Source: Verrucomicrobiota bacterium (GTDB lineage Bacteria; Verrucomicrobiota; Verrucomicrobiia; Limisphaerales; UBA1096). Taken from it: DNA of 64,000 nucleotides. Both the position numbers and the translations under genes were made by a program. The stretch is from positions 9,211-73,210 of the forward strand of contig JACNJE010000101.1 in assembly GCA_014382705.1 (NCBI GenBank), in the 5' to 3' direction. How positions within the stretch are numbered: the first letter of the stretch is position 1; each line of letters begins with the position of its first letter. The notes beneath the pieces were generated by a model. The model was not told where the DNA came from, ran no database searches, and saw nothing but the letters and a program-made list of their open reading frames with translations. Of this stretch, positions 44,582-54,443 are shown in pieces.

Positions 44582-45778
44582 ATGAGCAACGAACGACCGG
44601 TTTATCTCGACAACAACGCCACGACGCGGGTCGCGCCCGAGGTCGTCGAGGCGATGTTGCCGTGCCTCACCGAGCATTGGGGCAACCCGTCGAGCGCGTA
44701 CGACATGGCCATCGCCCCGGCCCGCATGATCGCCGACGCACGCGAACAGGTGGCCAAGCTGATCGGTGCCGACCCGCGCCACATCGTCTTCACAAGCTGC
44801 GGTACCGAGAGCAACAACACCGCCATCCAAAGCGCACTCCACTGCAATCCGGCCAAGCGGCACGTCATCACCTCGGCCGTCGAGCACTCGGCCAACATCA
44901 AGCTATGCCGCCTGCTCGAGAAACGCGGCTACGAGACGACGTTCCTTCCGGTCGACCTCGACGGCGGCATCGACCTGTGCGATCTGCAGGACGCGATCCG
45001 GCCCGACACCGCAATCGTCTCGCTCATGTGGGCGAACAACGAGACCGGCGTGCTGTTCCCGGTGGAGGAACTGGCGGCGATCTGCCGCAGCCACGGCGTG
45101 CTGTTCCACACCGACGCCGTTCAAGTCGCCGGCAAACTGCCGATCGACGTTCATCAACTCGGCGTCGATTTTCTCTCCCTCTCCGCCCACAAGCTGCGCG
45201 CACCCAAGGGCATCGGCCTGCTTTACGTCAAGCCGGGCGCGCCGTTTCAACCGTACATCATCGGCGGCGGGCAGGAACGCGGCCAGCGCGGCGGCACCGA
45301 GAATGTTGCCAACATCGTCGCCTTTGGAAAAGCGGCCGAGCTGGCACTGGGCCACATTGACGATGAAAACACGCGGGTGCGCGCCCTTCGTGACCGGCTC
45401 GAGCGCGGCATCCTGCAGGCCATCCCCGGTTCCGTGCGAAACGGCGGGGGCGAGCCAAGGCTCCCGAACACGACAAACATCGGCTTCGACGGCGTCGAGG
45501 CCGAGGCGATCCTGCTGTTACTCGACCGCGAGGGCATCTGCGCCTCGAGCGGCTCGGCCTGCACCACCGGCTCGATCGAGCCGTCACACGTGCTGGAGGC
45601 GATGAATGTGCCGTTGTCGCGCTCGAAAGGATCGCTGCGCTTCAGCCTGGGGCAGGACAACACGGAGGCGGACGTAAACCGGGTGCTGGAGAAACTGCCA
45701 GCGATCGTTTCGCGTTTGCGCGACGCCTCCCCCGAGCCGCTTGGCCAAGCGGAAGCACACTTGGCCAACGCAGACTAG
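44582..45778 (+). CDS. Cysteine desulfurase (NifS/IscS class V aminotransferase)
   Basis: VYLDNNATT, FTSCGTESNN, SAHKLRAPKGIG (PLP lysine) and SSGSACTTG (active-site Cys loop). Confidence 0.9.
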   Translation: MSNERPVYLDNNATTRVAPEVVEAMLPCLTEHWGNPSSAYDMAIAPARMIADAREQVAKLIGADPRHIVFTSCGTESNNTAIQSALHCNPAKRHVITSAVEHSANIKLCRLLEKRGYETTFLPVDLDGGIDLCDLQDAIRPDTAIVSLMWANNETGVLFPVEELAAICRSHGVLFHTDAVQVAGKLPIDVHQLGVDFLSLSAHKLRAPKGIGLLYVKPGAPFQPYIIGGGQERGQRGGTENVANIVAFGKAAELALGHIDDENTRVRALRDRLERGILQAIPGSVRNGGGEPRLPNTTNIGFDGVEAEAILLLLDREGICASSGSACTTGSIEPSHVLEAMNVPLSRSKGSLRFSLGQDNTEADVNRVLEKLPAIVSRLRDASPEPLGQAEAHLANAD

Positions 45779-46917
45779 CTCAACGCGGCGACGAACGACT
45801 TCATCGCCTCCTCCTGTTCCAACATCGACTCGACCAGCCTGAACTGCACGCGGGCGCGGTCGAGGTTTTGGCCCTCGCGGTGCACGCGAAAGTAGGTGTC
45901 GCCGTTCAAGTGATCGGTCAGGAAGCGGATGCCCAAAATAAGCGTGATGACTTTGCCGGACACCGCGAGGTGATCCCGCTCGGCTTGGGTCAGGAATTCG
46001 CCCGCCTCGGCAAGGTAGCCCTTGGCCAACTCCTCGAAATACTCCATCCGCATGGTCACCTTGGCCAGATCGCGCTCGTCCTCGGCGGCCGGGCTGGTGA
46101 GCGTGCGCATCATGTCGCCGAAATCGTAGTGCACCAATCCCGGCATCACCGTGTCGAGGTCGACGATACAGACCACCTCGCCGCTGTCGCTATCTAGCAG
46201 CACGTTGTCGATCTTCGTGTCGTTGTGGGTGATGCGTAGCGGCAGTTCGCCCCGCTCGTGGGCATCAAGCAGCAGGCTGACAGTGCCGCGGTGTTGCCGG
46301 CAGAAATCGATCTCGGCCTGCGCCCCGGCGAGCCGACCGACGCTGTCCTCGGCGACGGCCTTTTCGAGCGCCTCGAGCCGCAACCGGCCGTTGTGAAACT
46401 TCGGGATGGTTTCCTGAACCTGCTCAGGCGGGAGGTCGGCGAGCCGTTTTTGGAACAGGCCAAACGCGCGCCCCACCTGGCCGGCCTGGGACGACTGCCC
46501 GGCGACGTGCGTCGAGGTCACCCGCTCGATGAAGACGTAGGCCCGCCAGTAATTCCCGTCTCGATCCCGGTAATATGGCGCGCCGCCCCGGGTCGGCACA
46601 AGCGTCATCGTGCGGCGCGTCAGGTCTTGCCGGGTTTCTGCGCCGATTTTTTTACGCAGATGCTCGGTGGTCAGCTTGACGTTTTGCATGACCAACTCGG
46701 GGTACGGGAACACGTGGTGGTTGATGCGCTGCAGAATGTAGCGGATCGGCGTGCCGCCCTGCCGGCAAGTGACGATGTAGGTGTCGTTGATGTGGCCCTT
46801 GATCCAGGCATGGCCCTCCTCGAACTCGGCCACGATTTGAAACTGAGCGACCAGTTTTTCCAGATTGAACCCGTTGACCTCCGTCACGTCCCCCCGTTGA
46901 TTGGTTTTTTTCGGCAC
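45775..46917 (-). CDS. Aminoglycoside/hexosamine-kinase-like phosphotransferase (APH family)
   Basis: HINDTYIV, catalytic loop ITHNDTKIDNVLLD and IVDLDTVMPG. Start placed at GTG 46917 so that it does not overlap nrdJ; the start is uncertain. Confidence 0.7.
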   Translation of the reverse strand: MPKKTNQRGDVTEVNGFNLEKLVAQFQIVAEFEEGHAWIKGHINDTYIVTCRQGGTPIRYILQRINHHVFPYPELVMQNVKLTTEHLRKKIGAETRQDLTRRTMTLVPTRGGAPYYRDRDGNYWRAYVFIERVTSTHVAGQSSQAGQVGRAFGLFQKRLADLPPEQVQETIPKFHNGRLRLEALEKAVAEDSVGRLAGAQAEIDFCRQHRGTVSLLLDAHERGELPLRITHNDTKIDNVLLDSDSGEVVCIVDLDTVMPGLVHYDFGDMMRTLTSPAAEDERDLAKVTMRMEYFEELAKGYLAEAGEFLTQAERDHLAVSGKVITLILGIRFLTDHLNGDTYFRVHREGQNLDRARVQFRLVESMLEQEEAMKSFVAALS

Positions 46918-46937
46918 CAGTTCAAGCGCAAACTCGC

Positions 46938-46953
46938 CCGCTTGGCCAAGCGG
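46938..46953. repeat. 16-bp palindrome CCGCTTGGCCAAGCGG filling the nrdJ-kinase spacer
   Basis: Lies between the nrdJ stop (46955) and the kinase start (46917). Confidence 0.95.
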
Positions 46954-46954
46954 C

Positions 46955-49900
46955 TCAGGAACAGCCGAGGCTCTCGCCGCAGTTGAGGCACTTGAAACAG
47001 GCGCCGTTGCGGACGGTGACGTTGCCGCAGGTCGGGCAGGTCGGCGCGTCCTCCATGAAGTGCGCCACCGACTGGCTGATCGCCGAGCCGTCGTGGCTGT
47101 GCGAGTGCGCCGCCGCGCGCTCCACCGATTCACCATCCCCGCCCCCGCTCACCGGCAACTCGACGACCGGCTTGTTGACGCGCTTGGCCTCGGCCTGGCG
47201 CAAGCCGGGGATGTCCAGTTCCTGCTGGTCATCATCGCTCTTGGTCCGCTCGAAATAACCGGGGATAAACTGGATGCCCATCCAGCGGAATACGTAGTCG
47301 ATAATCGACTTGGCATGGCGGATCTGCGGATTCTTGGTGAAGCCGGACGGCTCGAACCGCTGGTGGGTGAACTTGCGCACCAACGCATCCAGCGGCACGC
47401 CGTATTGCAGGGAGATGCTGGTCAGCGCGGCGACGCTGTCCATCAGGCCGCCGATGGTCGAGCCCTCCTTGGCCATGGTGATGAACATCTCGCCGGGGTG
47501 GCCGTCCTCAAACAGGCCAATGGTCAGGTAACCCTCGTGCCCGGCGATGTCAAACTTGTGCGTGACCGCCGAGCGGGTCTCCGGCAGACGGCGCCGGAGG
47601 GGTTGGTCGATCTGCTTCTGCAGACCGACCAACTGATCCTCCAGTTCCTTGATCCGCTGATCCGCCGGGGTGGCGGATTCACTCTCAGTCCCCTCGCCGG
47701 TCTTGGCGGTATTGAGCGGCTGGGACCGCTTCGAGCCGTCACGATAAATCGCGACACACTTGAGCCCCAGTCGCCACGCCTGGTCATACGCGTTGGTGAT
47801 GTCCGCAACCGTGCACTCACTGGGGAGGTTCACGGTCTTGGAGATCGCCCCGCTGATGAACGGCTGGGCAGCGGCCATCATCTTCAGATGCGCCATGTAG
47901 TGAATGCTGCGCTCGCCCCGGAATGGCTTGAACGCGCAGTCGAACACATCCAGATGTTCGGGCTTGAGCCCGCTTCTACGGGTGTCCCCGTCCTCCTTGA
48001 CGTCCTCGATGGAGTCAAATTCTTCCACGTGCGAGACGATCTGCTTCACCTCGTCCGCCGTGTAGCCCAGCCGCGACAACGCCTCGGGAACCGTGCGGTT
48101 CACGATCTTCAGCGTGCCGCCGCCGGCCAGCAGCTTGTACTTTACCAGCGCGATGTCCGGCTCGACGCCGGTCGTGTCGCAGTCCATCAGGAACGCGATC
48201 GTGCCGGTCGGTGCCAACACTGTGACCTGCGCATTGCGGTAGCCGTGTTCGTCGCCCTTGGCCAGGGCCTCCTCCCAGCAGTCGCGGGCGGCGTCCTTCA
48301 AATATCCAAAATCATCGCTTGGCTGGATCTCCTCCACGGCGTCGCGGTGCAACTGCATGACGCCGCGCATCGACTCGACATTGTCCTTGGCCAGCGGCTT
48401 GGCCACGCCGGTGCAGCGGGCGTCGCGGTAGCCGGAGAAGGCACCCTTCACGCCGGCCAATTCCGCAGATTGCTCGTAGGCATGCCCGGTCATGATCGAC
48501 GTGATCGCCCCAGCCAAGGCGCGGCCCTCGTCCGAGTCGTACGGCAGCCCGTAACTCATGACCAGCGAACCCAGGTTCGCAAAGCCGAGGCCTAGCGTGC
48601 GGAAAATGTGCGAGTTCTCGGCGATCGGCTGGGTCGGGTAGCTGGCGTTGTCGACGAGGATTTCCTGTGCGGTGATGAAGATGCGCACTGCCGCCTTGAA
48701 CCGGTCGATGTCGAACCCGCCGTCCTCGCGCTTGAAGCGCATCAGGTTCAGCGAGGCCAAGTTGCAGGCGGTGTTATTGAGGAACACGTACTCGGAGCAC
48801 GGGTTGGTCGAGTGGATCGGCTCGGTGCCCTTGCAGGTGTGCCATTTCTGGATGGCCCCGTCGTACTGTAAGCCGGGATCCCCGCAAATCCAGGTGCCCT
48901 CCGAAATCTTGTTCAGCAGCCCAGAGGCGTCCTTCTTTTCAAGATTCTCCCCGGTGGTCACGGCGCGCGTCCACCAGTCGCCGTCGTCGTTCGCGGCCTG
49001 CATGAACTCATCGCTGACGCGCACCGACAGGTTCTCGTTCTGGTACATGACGCTGCCGTAGGCGTCGCCGTTGTACGAGCCGTCGTAGCCCTGCTCGATC
49101 AGCGCCCACGCCTTTTTCTCCTCCTCCTGCTTGGCGTCGATGAACTCCTCGATGTCGCCATGCCAGTCGCGGATGGTGTTCATCTTGGCCGCGCGCCGGG
49201 TCTTGCCGCCGGAACGCACCACGTTGGCCACCTGATCATACACCCGCAGGAACGACATCGGGCCGCTCGGGGCGCCGCCGCCGCTGATCGCTTCGAGCTT
49301 GGATCGGATCGGCGTGAGGTCGGTGCCGGTGCCGGAGCCGAACTTGAAAAGCATCCCCTCGCTTTGCGCCAGTTGCAGGATCGACTCAAGGTCGTCATCG
49401 ACCGACTGGATGAAACAGGCGCTGCCCTGCGGGTATTCGTATTGCGACGTGGCACGCTTCGCTTGGCCAAGCGCCTCGTCGTAATGCCAGTTGCCTTGTG
49501 CCGAGTCGTTGCCGATGCCGTACTCGTGGTGCAGCCCGACATTGAACCAGACCGGCGAGTTGAACGCACCGTGCTGGTTCAGGCAGAGCCACGACAATTC
49601 GTCGTAAAACACCTCGCCATCCTTCTTGCTGAAGTAACCGTCCTGGACGCCCCAGTCGGCGATGGTGCGGGCCACGCGGTAAATCAACTGCCTCACGGAT
49701 GTCTCACGCTGCGGCGTGCCCTGTTCGCCGAAAAAGTATTTCGAAACCACCACCTTGGTCGCGAGTTGCGACCACCCCTTGGGCACCTCGACATCTTCCT
49801 GCTTGAAAATGATGTTGCCTCCCTCGTCGGTGATCTCGGCCGTGCGCTTGTCCCACTCGAGTTCGTCGTAGGGACTGCGCTTGGCATCGCTGAACATCCG

Positions 49901-50032
49901 CTCGATCCGGATACACGAACTCTTTTTGCCCTTGGCCAAGCCACCTCGCTTGGGGGCAGTGACTTTGGGGGCCGCGGTGCGGCGGGTAGAACGGGAGGCG
50001 GGTGCGGTCAAATTTTCGTTGGCATCAATCAT
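46955..50032 (-). CDS. nrdJ: Adenosylcobalamin-dependent ribonucleotide reductase (class II)
   Basis: 1025 aa; LATKVVVSKYFFG, NPCSEYVFLNNTACNLASLNL (active-site Cys/Glu region) and C-terminal CPTCG...CFKCLNCG. Confidence 0.95.
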   Translation of the reverse strand: MIDANENLTAPASRSTRRTAAPKVTAPKRGGLAKGKKSSCIRIERMFSDAKRSPYDELEWDKRTAEITDEGGNIIFKQEDVEVPKGWSQLATKVVVSKYFFGEQGTPQRETSVRQLIYRVARTIADWGVQDGYFSKKDGEVFYDELSWLCLNQHGAFNSPVWFNVGLHHEYGIGNDSAQGNWHYDEALGQAKRATSQYEYPQGSACFIQSVDDDLESILQLAQSEGMLFKFGSGTGTDLTPIRSKLEAISGGGAPSGPMSFLRVYDQVANVVRSGGKTRRAAKMNTIRDWHGDIEEFIDAKQEEEKKAWALIEQGYDGSYNGDAYGSVMYQNENLSVRVSDEFMQAANDDGDWWTRAVTTGENLEKKDASGLLNKISEGTWICGDPGLQYDGAIQKWHTCKGTEPIHSTNPCSEYVFLNNTACNLASLNLMRFKREDGGFDIDRFKAAVRIFITAQEILVDNASYPTQPIAENSHIFRTLGLGFANLGSLVMSYGLPYDSDEGRALAGAITSIMTGHAYEQSAELAGVKGAFSGYRDARCTGVAKPLAKDNVESMRGVMQLHRDAVEEIQPSDDFGYLKDAARDCWEEALAKGDEHGYRNAQVTVLAPTGTIAFLMDCDTTGVEPDIALVKYKLLAGGGTLKIVNRTVPEALSRLGYTADEVKQIVSHVEEFDSIEDVKEDGDTRRSGLKPEHLDVFDCAFKPFRGERSIHYMAHLKMMAAAQPFISGAISKTVNLPSECTVADITNAYDQAWRLGLKCVAIYRDGSKRSQPLNTAKTGEGTESESATPADQRIKELEDQLVGLQKQIDQPLRRRLPETRSAVTHKFDIAGHEGYLTIGLFEDGHPGEMFITMAKEGSTIGGLMDSVAALTSISLQYGVPLDALVRKFTHQRFEPSGFTKNPQIRHAKSIIDYVFRWMGIQFIPGYFERTKSDDDQQELDIPGLRQAEAKRVNKPVVELPVSGGGDGESVERAAAHSHSHDGSAISQSVAHFMEDAPTCPTCGNVTVRNGACFKCLNCGESLGCS

Positions 50033-50143
50033 GGGTTGTCTGGGTTTGCGTCTGGTTCAGGGACAGATAACCTCGCTTCAGGGCGTTTTTTGTGTTCAAC
50101 CGCCCCAGTAAGCTCAGTCGAACTGGGCAACAGGCGAAGTGTT

Positions 50144-50192
50144 ACCACAATCTGTTGGGGTAGCAAGTTTTTTTTACCACAAATTGTTGTGT
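50144..50192 (-). promoter_or_regulatory. Putative pair of NrdR boxes upstream of nrdJ
   Basis: ACCACAATCTGTTGGG (50144..50159) and ACCACAAATTGTTGTGT (50176..50192). Both are imperfect palindromes resembling the acaCwAtATaTwGtgt consensus. They are spaced 32 bp apart and lie 112-160 nt upstream of the nrdJ ATG. Confidence 0.5.
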
Positions 50193-50264
50193 TTTTACCG
50201 GTGTCGTCTCATGCCGCCAACTTCCTTGCAGCCCAAGTGATTGAAGCCCAGAATCTTCGGTGAC

Positions 50265-50609
50265 ATGGCAAATTACTGGATCGAGCAACTGGACGAGGTG
50301 GAGCCGACCCCGTGCCCCTGCGGCTTGGCCAAGCGCGCATTCGTTGGCCGGCCGGAGGCCGTGGCCAGCCTGCACGAGGTCGACATCAAGCGGGATTCCG
50401 CAGTGCATTACCACAAACGGACGACCGAAATCTACCTCGTGCTGGAGGGGGAGGGGCATCTCGAGCTGGACGGCGAACGGGTGCCGGTCAAGCCGATGAG
50501 TGCCGTGTACATCAAGCCGGGCTGCCGCCACCGCGCCGTGGGCCGGTTGAAAATCATCAACATCCCCGTCCCGGCCTTCGACCCTGCCGACGAGTGGCTC
50601 GACGAGTGA
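50265..50609 (+). CDS. Cupin-domain protein
   Basis: HYHKRTTEIYLVLEGEGHLELDGERVPVKPMSAVYIKPGCRH, matching cupin motifs 1 and 2. Confidence 0.7.
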   Translation: MANYWIEQLDEVEPTPCPCGLAKRAFVGRPEAVASLHEVDIKRDSAVHYHKRTTEIYLVLEGEGHLELDGERVPVKPMSAVYIKPGCRHRAVGRLKIINIPVPAFDPADEWLDE

Positions 50610-50698
50610 GGGGTCCGCTTTCAGCTTGCGTCCAGTGGGTGATTGCCGATTGAATCCCCCGCCCTGCGGGAGGCGTCAAGGTTGCCCCGTTTTATCGC

Positions 50699-51295
50699 AT
50701 GCACACGTTCATACTTTTTTTGCTCGGAGTCACCTCGGTGATCAGCCTCGCGTTCATCATCGACCGCGGCCTTGCCCTGCGGCGCAACGTCATCCTCCCG
50801 CCTCCGGTGGTGGACAGCCTGGAGCGCTGCCAGACCCGCAGCGACGTGAACACCCTGCTGCGGTTCTGCCAGCAGCACGAGCGCGCGCCGCTGGCACGGC
50901 TGGCCACGGCGGCCATCGAGCATCTCGAGTGGGCCAAGCCGGACAACGTCGAGGCGCTGCAGACGCGCGCCCGTCACGAGGTCAGCCGGATGGAGCGCGG
51001 CATGGTGGTGCTGGAAATCATCACCGGCATCGCGCCGCTGCTGGGCCTCGTCGGCACGGTGTTCGGGCTGATCGAGATTTTCGGCGAGATGACTTCGGAC
51101 CAGGTGGACACAACCAAGTTTGCCAGCGGCATTTCCCTCGCGCTTTACGCCACCCTCTCGGGCCTGAGCATCGCCATTCCTTCGCTCGTCGCGTGGAGCA
51201 TCTACAATAAGCGGATCGAGACGTTTGCCATCGAGATGGAGACGCTGCTCGACAAGTTCCTCCGCCGGCAATACCCGGCGGCTCCCAGCAGTTAA
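50699..51295 (+). CDS. MotA/TolQ/ExbB proton-channel family protein
   Basis: Three TM helices; ITGIAPLLGLVGTVFGLIEIF. Confidence 0.85.
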   Translation: MHTFILFLLGVTSVISLAFIIDRGLALRRNVILPPPVVDSLERCQTRSDVNTLLRFCQQHERAPLARLATAAIEHLEWAKPDNVEALQTRARHEVSRMERGMVVLEIITGIAPLLGLVGTVFGLIEIFGEMTSDQVDTTKFASGISLALYATLSGLSIAIPSLVAWSIYNKRIETFAIEMETLLDKFLRRQYPAAPSS

Positions 51296-51309
51296 CCCAG
51301 CCGCCGCCG

Positions 51310-51735
51310 ATGCGATTCATCCCGCGCAAAAGCCGAAAACCCCCGACGGTCATCATCGTGGCGCTGATCGACGTGCTGATGGTGGTGCTCATTTTCATGG
51401 TGGTATCGACGACCTTCACGAACCAGGCCGCCGTGAAACTCGCGCTGCCGGAGTCGTCCCAGGCCAAGGCCACCCCCGCGCCGGCGGTGAGCGACCACCT
51501 TGTTGTCACCGTGGCCAAGGAGGAACCGCACATTTACCTTGGAAGCGATCCGGTGGAACCCGGTGCCCTGGAGGCCGAGTTGAAGACGGCAGTCGAGGCC
51601 AATCCCAAACTAGAACTCTCCATCCGGGCCGACACCGACGCGCCGTTTGGGATGATCATCAAGGTGATGGACGCGGCCAAGGCGGCGGACATCACGTCCG
51701 TGAAGGCGTACACAAGGGAGCCCGGCGGCAAATGA
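51310..51735 (+). CDS. ExbD/TolR family protein
   Basis: N-terminal TM IIVALIDVLMVVLIFMVV, followed by a periplasmic domain (IRADTDAPFGMIIKVMDAAKAA). Confidence 0.85.
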   Translation: MRFIPRKSRKPPTVIIVALIDVLMVVLIFMVVSTTFTNQAAVKLALPESSQAKATPAPAVSDHLVVTVAKEEPHIYLGSDPVEPGALEAELKTAVEANPKLELSIRADTDAPFGMIIKVMDAAKAADITSVKAYTREPGGK

Positions 51736-52223
51736 TCGACATCCCTCCCCCCGACAGCCTGCACCTCTCGTCGGCCACCGGCTGGCTGCAGCTCGGCAAC
51801 GCGGAGGAGGCGCTGGCCGACTTGGCCAAGGTGTCGGACGAGCACCGGGAACACCATGAGGTGCTGCATCTCGAGTGGCACATCCACGCCCGCAACAAGG
51901 AGTGGGAGCGGTGCGCGGCCATCGGCGGCGTCATGGCGAAGCGCCACCCCGACGACCCTGCCGGGTGGATCAACCAAGCCAACGCGCTGTTTTACCTCAA
52001 GCGCGGCCGTGAGGCGTTCGACCTGCTCGAGCCGGTGTGCCTGCAATTCCCCGAGAACGAGGCCATCCCGTATAACCTCGCCTGCTATGCCTGCCAGTTC
52101 GGCGAGCTCGACCTGGCGCTGGACTGGTTTCAGGCGGCGGAACAAATCGGCGACCCGGAGAAAATCCGCGAGGTGGCGCTGATGGATCCCGACATGGAGC
52201 CGATCTGGAACCAGATCCAGTAA
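51732..52223 (+). CDS. TPR-like helical repeat protein
   Basis: ATGA overlap with the ExbD-like gene. 163 aa with helical repeats (GWLQLGNAEEALADLAKV, PYNLACYACQFGELDLALDWF). It forms only the tail of a longer track ORF. Confidence 0.6.
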   Translation: MIDIPPPDSLHLSSATGWLQLGNAEEALADLAKVSDEHREHHEVLHLEWHIHARNKEWERCAAIGGVMAKRHPDDPAGWINQANALFYLKRGREAFDLLEPVCLQFPENEAIPYNLACYACQFGELDLALDWFQAAEQIGDPEKIREVALMDPDMEPIWNQIQ

Positions 52224-52271
52224 GTGAGCCGTCGGCCGTGAGCGGTGAGCCGTAACCGCGACTAAAACTCC

Positions 52272-53096
52272 TTGCGCTTGGCCAAGCGATGGGGTCAAAC
52301 AACCGGCGTGCCGGACTGGCTGACATCAATCCTCCTCGGGATCATCGAGGGCATCACGGAGTTTCTCCCGATCTCCTCCACCGGCCACCTGTTGCTAACA
52401 CAGCAACTTGGCTGGCTGAAGCCGCAGTCGGACACGTTCATCATCGCCATCCAGAGCGGCGCGGTGCTGGCGGTGCTGTTCAACTTCACCGACCGCGTCA
52501 AGCAGCTCACCCTCCGCTGGCGCGAACCGGGGGCGCGCGACTACCTGGCCAAGCTGCTCGTGGCGTTCGCCATCACCGGCGCCGGTGGCTTGGCCATCGA
52601 CACGCTTGGCTTCGAACTGCCGAAAGAGGTGCTGCCGGTGGCGGTGGCACTGCTGGCGGGCGGCGTGCTGTTTGTCGTGGTGGAAAAAATGGTCGGCGAC
52701 CGGCCCGGCTTGGCCAAGGTCACCTGGACGATTGCCATTGCCATCGGGTTTGCCCAACTGCTCGCGGCGGTGTTTCCCGGTGCATCGCGCTCCGGGGCGA
52801 CGATTCTGATCGCGCTGCTGATGGGGCTGCGGCGCGTGCCGGCAATCGAATTCACGTTCCTGCTCGGCGTGCCAACGCTGCTGGCGGCCGGCGCGTACAA
52901 GGTGCTCAAGGCGGTGCGCGCCGAGTCGGTGTCGGAGGATTGGGGACAGTTGATCCTGGCCACGGGAGTCTCCGCCATTACCGCATTTGTGTCAGTTAGA
53001 TGGCTGTTGCGCTACATCGAGACACACACTTTCGTGGCGTTTGGCTGGTACCGCATCGCGCTCGGCCTGGGGCTGCTGGTGGTTGTGGCATGGTGA
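52272..53096 (+). CDS. uppP: Undecaprenyl-diphosphate phosphatase
   Basis: GIIEGITEFLPISSTGHL and GASRSGATI. The start may be GTG 52308 rather than TTG 52272. Confidence 0.9.
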   Translation: MRLAKRWGQTTGVPDWLTSILLGIIEGITEFLPISSTGHLLLTQQLGWLKPQSDTFIIAIQSGAVLAVLFNFTDRVKQLTLRWREPGARDYLAKLLVAFAITGAGGLAIDTLGFELPKEVLPVAVALLAGGVLFVVVEKMVGDRPGLAKVTWTIAIAIGFAQLLAAVFPGASRSGATILIALLMGLRRVPAIEFTFLLGVPTLLAAGAYKVLKAVRAESVSEDWGQLILATGVSAITAFVSVRWLLRYIETHTFVAFGWYRIALGLGLLVVVAW

Positions 53097-53252
53097 CGCC
53101 ACGACCGAATGAGGCATTGCGGTTGACGCCCCGGATCATTGGGCCACAATGACCCCGCTGCCATCGCTTGGCCACAGGGCCACGGATCGCAAGCTCATTT
53201 GCCGTAACCATTTTGCCACGTGGGATGTAGTACAGTGGCACGGATTGATTAC

Positions 53253-54422
53253 ATGATTCAAACAGATCAACTGTCCCCACGCCTCGCCTTGCTCTTTGCG
53301 GGCGCGATGGTGCTTGCGGGCTGCAGCGCGGAGTCCAACGGCAAAGGGGGCAAGGCCGGCGCGGACAAGAAAAGCGAATCGGCGCGAAAGGAAAAAGCCG
53401 TACTGGTGGAACTGACCGAAGTGAAGCGGGGGATGATCGAGTCTGTCCTCGAGCGCTCCGCGCCGCTCGAGGCGGAGGCGCAGGTGGAGGTGGCCGCCCG
53501 CACGTCCAACCCGGCCATCGAGCTGCTCGTCGAGGAGGGCGACACAGTGGAAAAGGACCAGGTGCTGCTGCGCCTTGAGAGCGACAAGCAGAAGAACGAC
53601 CACGACCAGGCCAAGAGCCAGCTCGACAAGGAGCAGGTCGACTTTGACCGGCAGGAGTCCCTGTACAAGGACAACCTGATCAGCGAGCAGGAGTACCGCA
53701 ATGCGCAATTCTCCCTCACCCAGCGGCGACTGGCGTTCGAGGAGGCCAGGCGCCAGTTCGAGTACACCGAGGTGCGGGCGCCGATCAAGGGAACGATCAC
53801 CCTGCGCGACGTGAAGGTCGGCGACCAGGTCGGCAGCGGCCGGAAGATTTTCGAGATCATCGACTTCGACTCCACGGTGGCGATCATCCACGTGCCGGAG
53901 CAATACCTGCCCAAGCTCCGGCCGGACATGGAGGCGCGACTGATCTCCAACACGCTCGGCGACACGGTGTTTGGCGGCTACGTGAAACGCATCTCACCCA
54001 TCGTCGAGGCGCGCGCCGGGACGATCAAGGTCACCGTCGGCCTGAAGGAACCGGGGGCGCTGCGGCCCGGCATGTGGGTGGACGTCGAGCTGGTGCTCGA
54101 GACAAAGCAGGACGCGCTGTTAATCCCGAAAAAATCGATCGTGTACGACAACGACCAGACGTTTGCCTACACGCTGCACACCGGCACCAACGGCGTGAAG
54201 CGCGTCAAGCGCCGCCTGGTCCTGCCGCTCAATACCGACAAGGTTAACATCGAGCCAAGCGAAGGGTTTGAGCCCGGGGAAAAAGTGGTCATCGCCGGGC
54301 AATCCGGACTGAAGGAAAATTCCCGTGTTCGCGAGCTGGGCGATCCCGACCCGGACGCGGAACAACCCGCCGACACGACCGCCAGCACCAACGCCCCAGC
54401 CACCACCAAGAGCGGGACGTAA
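53253..54422 (+). CDS. Efflux RND periplasmic adaptor (membrane fusion protein), lipoprotein
   Basis: Lipobox LAGCS, a coiled-coil hairpin, YTEVRAPIKGTITLRDVKVGDQV and a beta-barrel/MP domain. Confidence 0.85.
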   Translation: MIQTDQLSPRLALLFAGAMVLAGCSAESNGKGGKAGADKKSESARKEKAVLVELTEVKRGMIESVLERSAPLEAEAQVEVAARTSNPAIELLVEEGDTVEKDQVLLRLESDKQKNDHDQAKSQLDKEQVDFDRQESLYKDNLISEQEYRNAQFSLTQRRLAFEEARRQFEYTEVRAPIKGTITLRDVKVGDQVGSGRKIFEIIDFDSTVAIIHVPEQYLPKLRPDMEARLISNTLGDTVFGGYVKRISPIVEARAGTIKVTVGLKEPGALRPGMWVDVELVLETKQDALLIPKKSIVYDNDQTFAYTLHTGTNGVKRVKRRLVLPLNTDKVNIEPSEGFEPGEKVVIAGQSGLKENSRVRELGDPDPDAEQPADTTASTNAPATTKSGT

Positions 54423-54443
54423 TTTCGCGCCATCCGACCCGGA

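Noticed and set aside
46901-48595. 564-aa plus-strand ORF opposite nrdJ (likewise 49160..50263, 24755..26173, 54537..56354, 58463..60514 and 61730..62983 opposite lysS and the RND genes)
   Set aside because: All lie antisense to genes with strong conserved motifs and have the Arg/Ala/Gly/His-rich composition of non-coding frames in GC-rich DNA.
50033-50240. Cobalamin riboswitch in the nrdJ leader
   Set aside because: I could not find a B12-box-like element or the conserved riboswitch core. B12 is the cofactor of NrdJ, and B12 riboswitches usually repress the B12-independent alternatives. NrdR-type boxes explain the conserved palindromes better.
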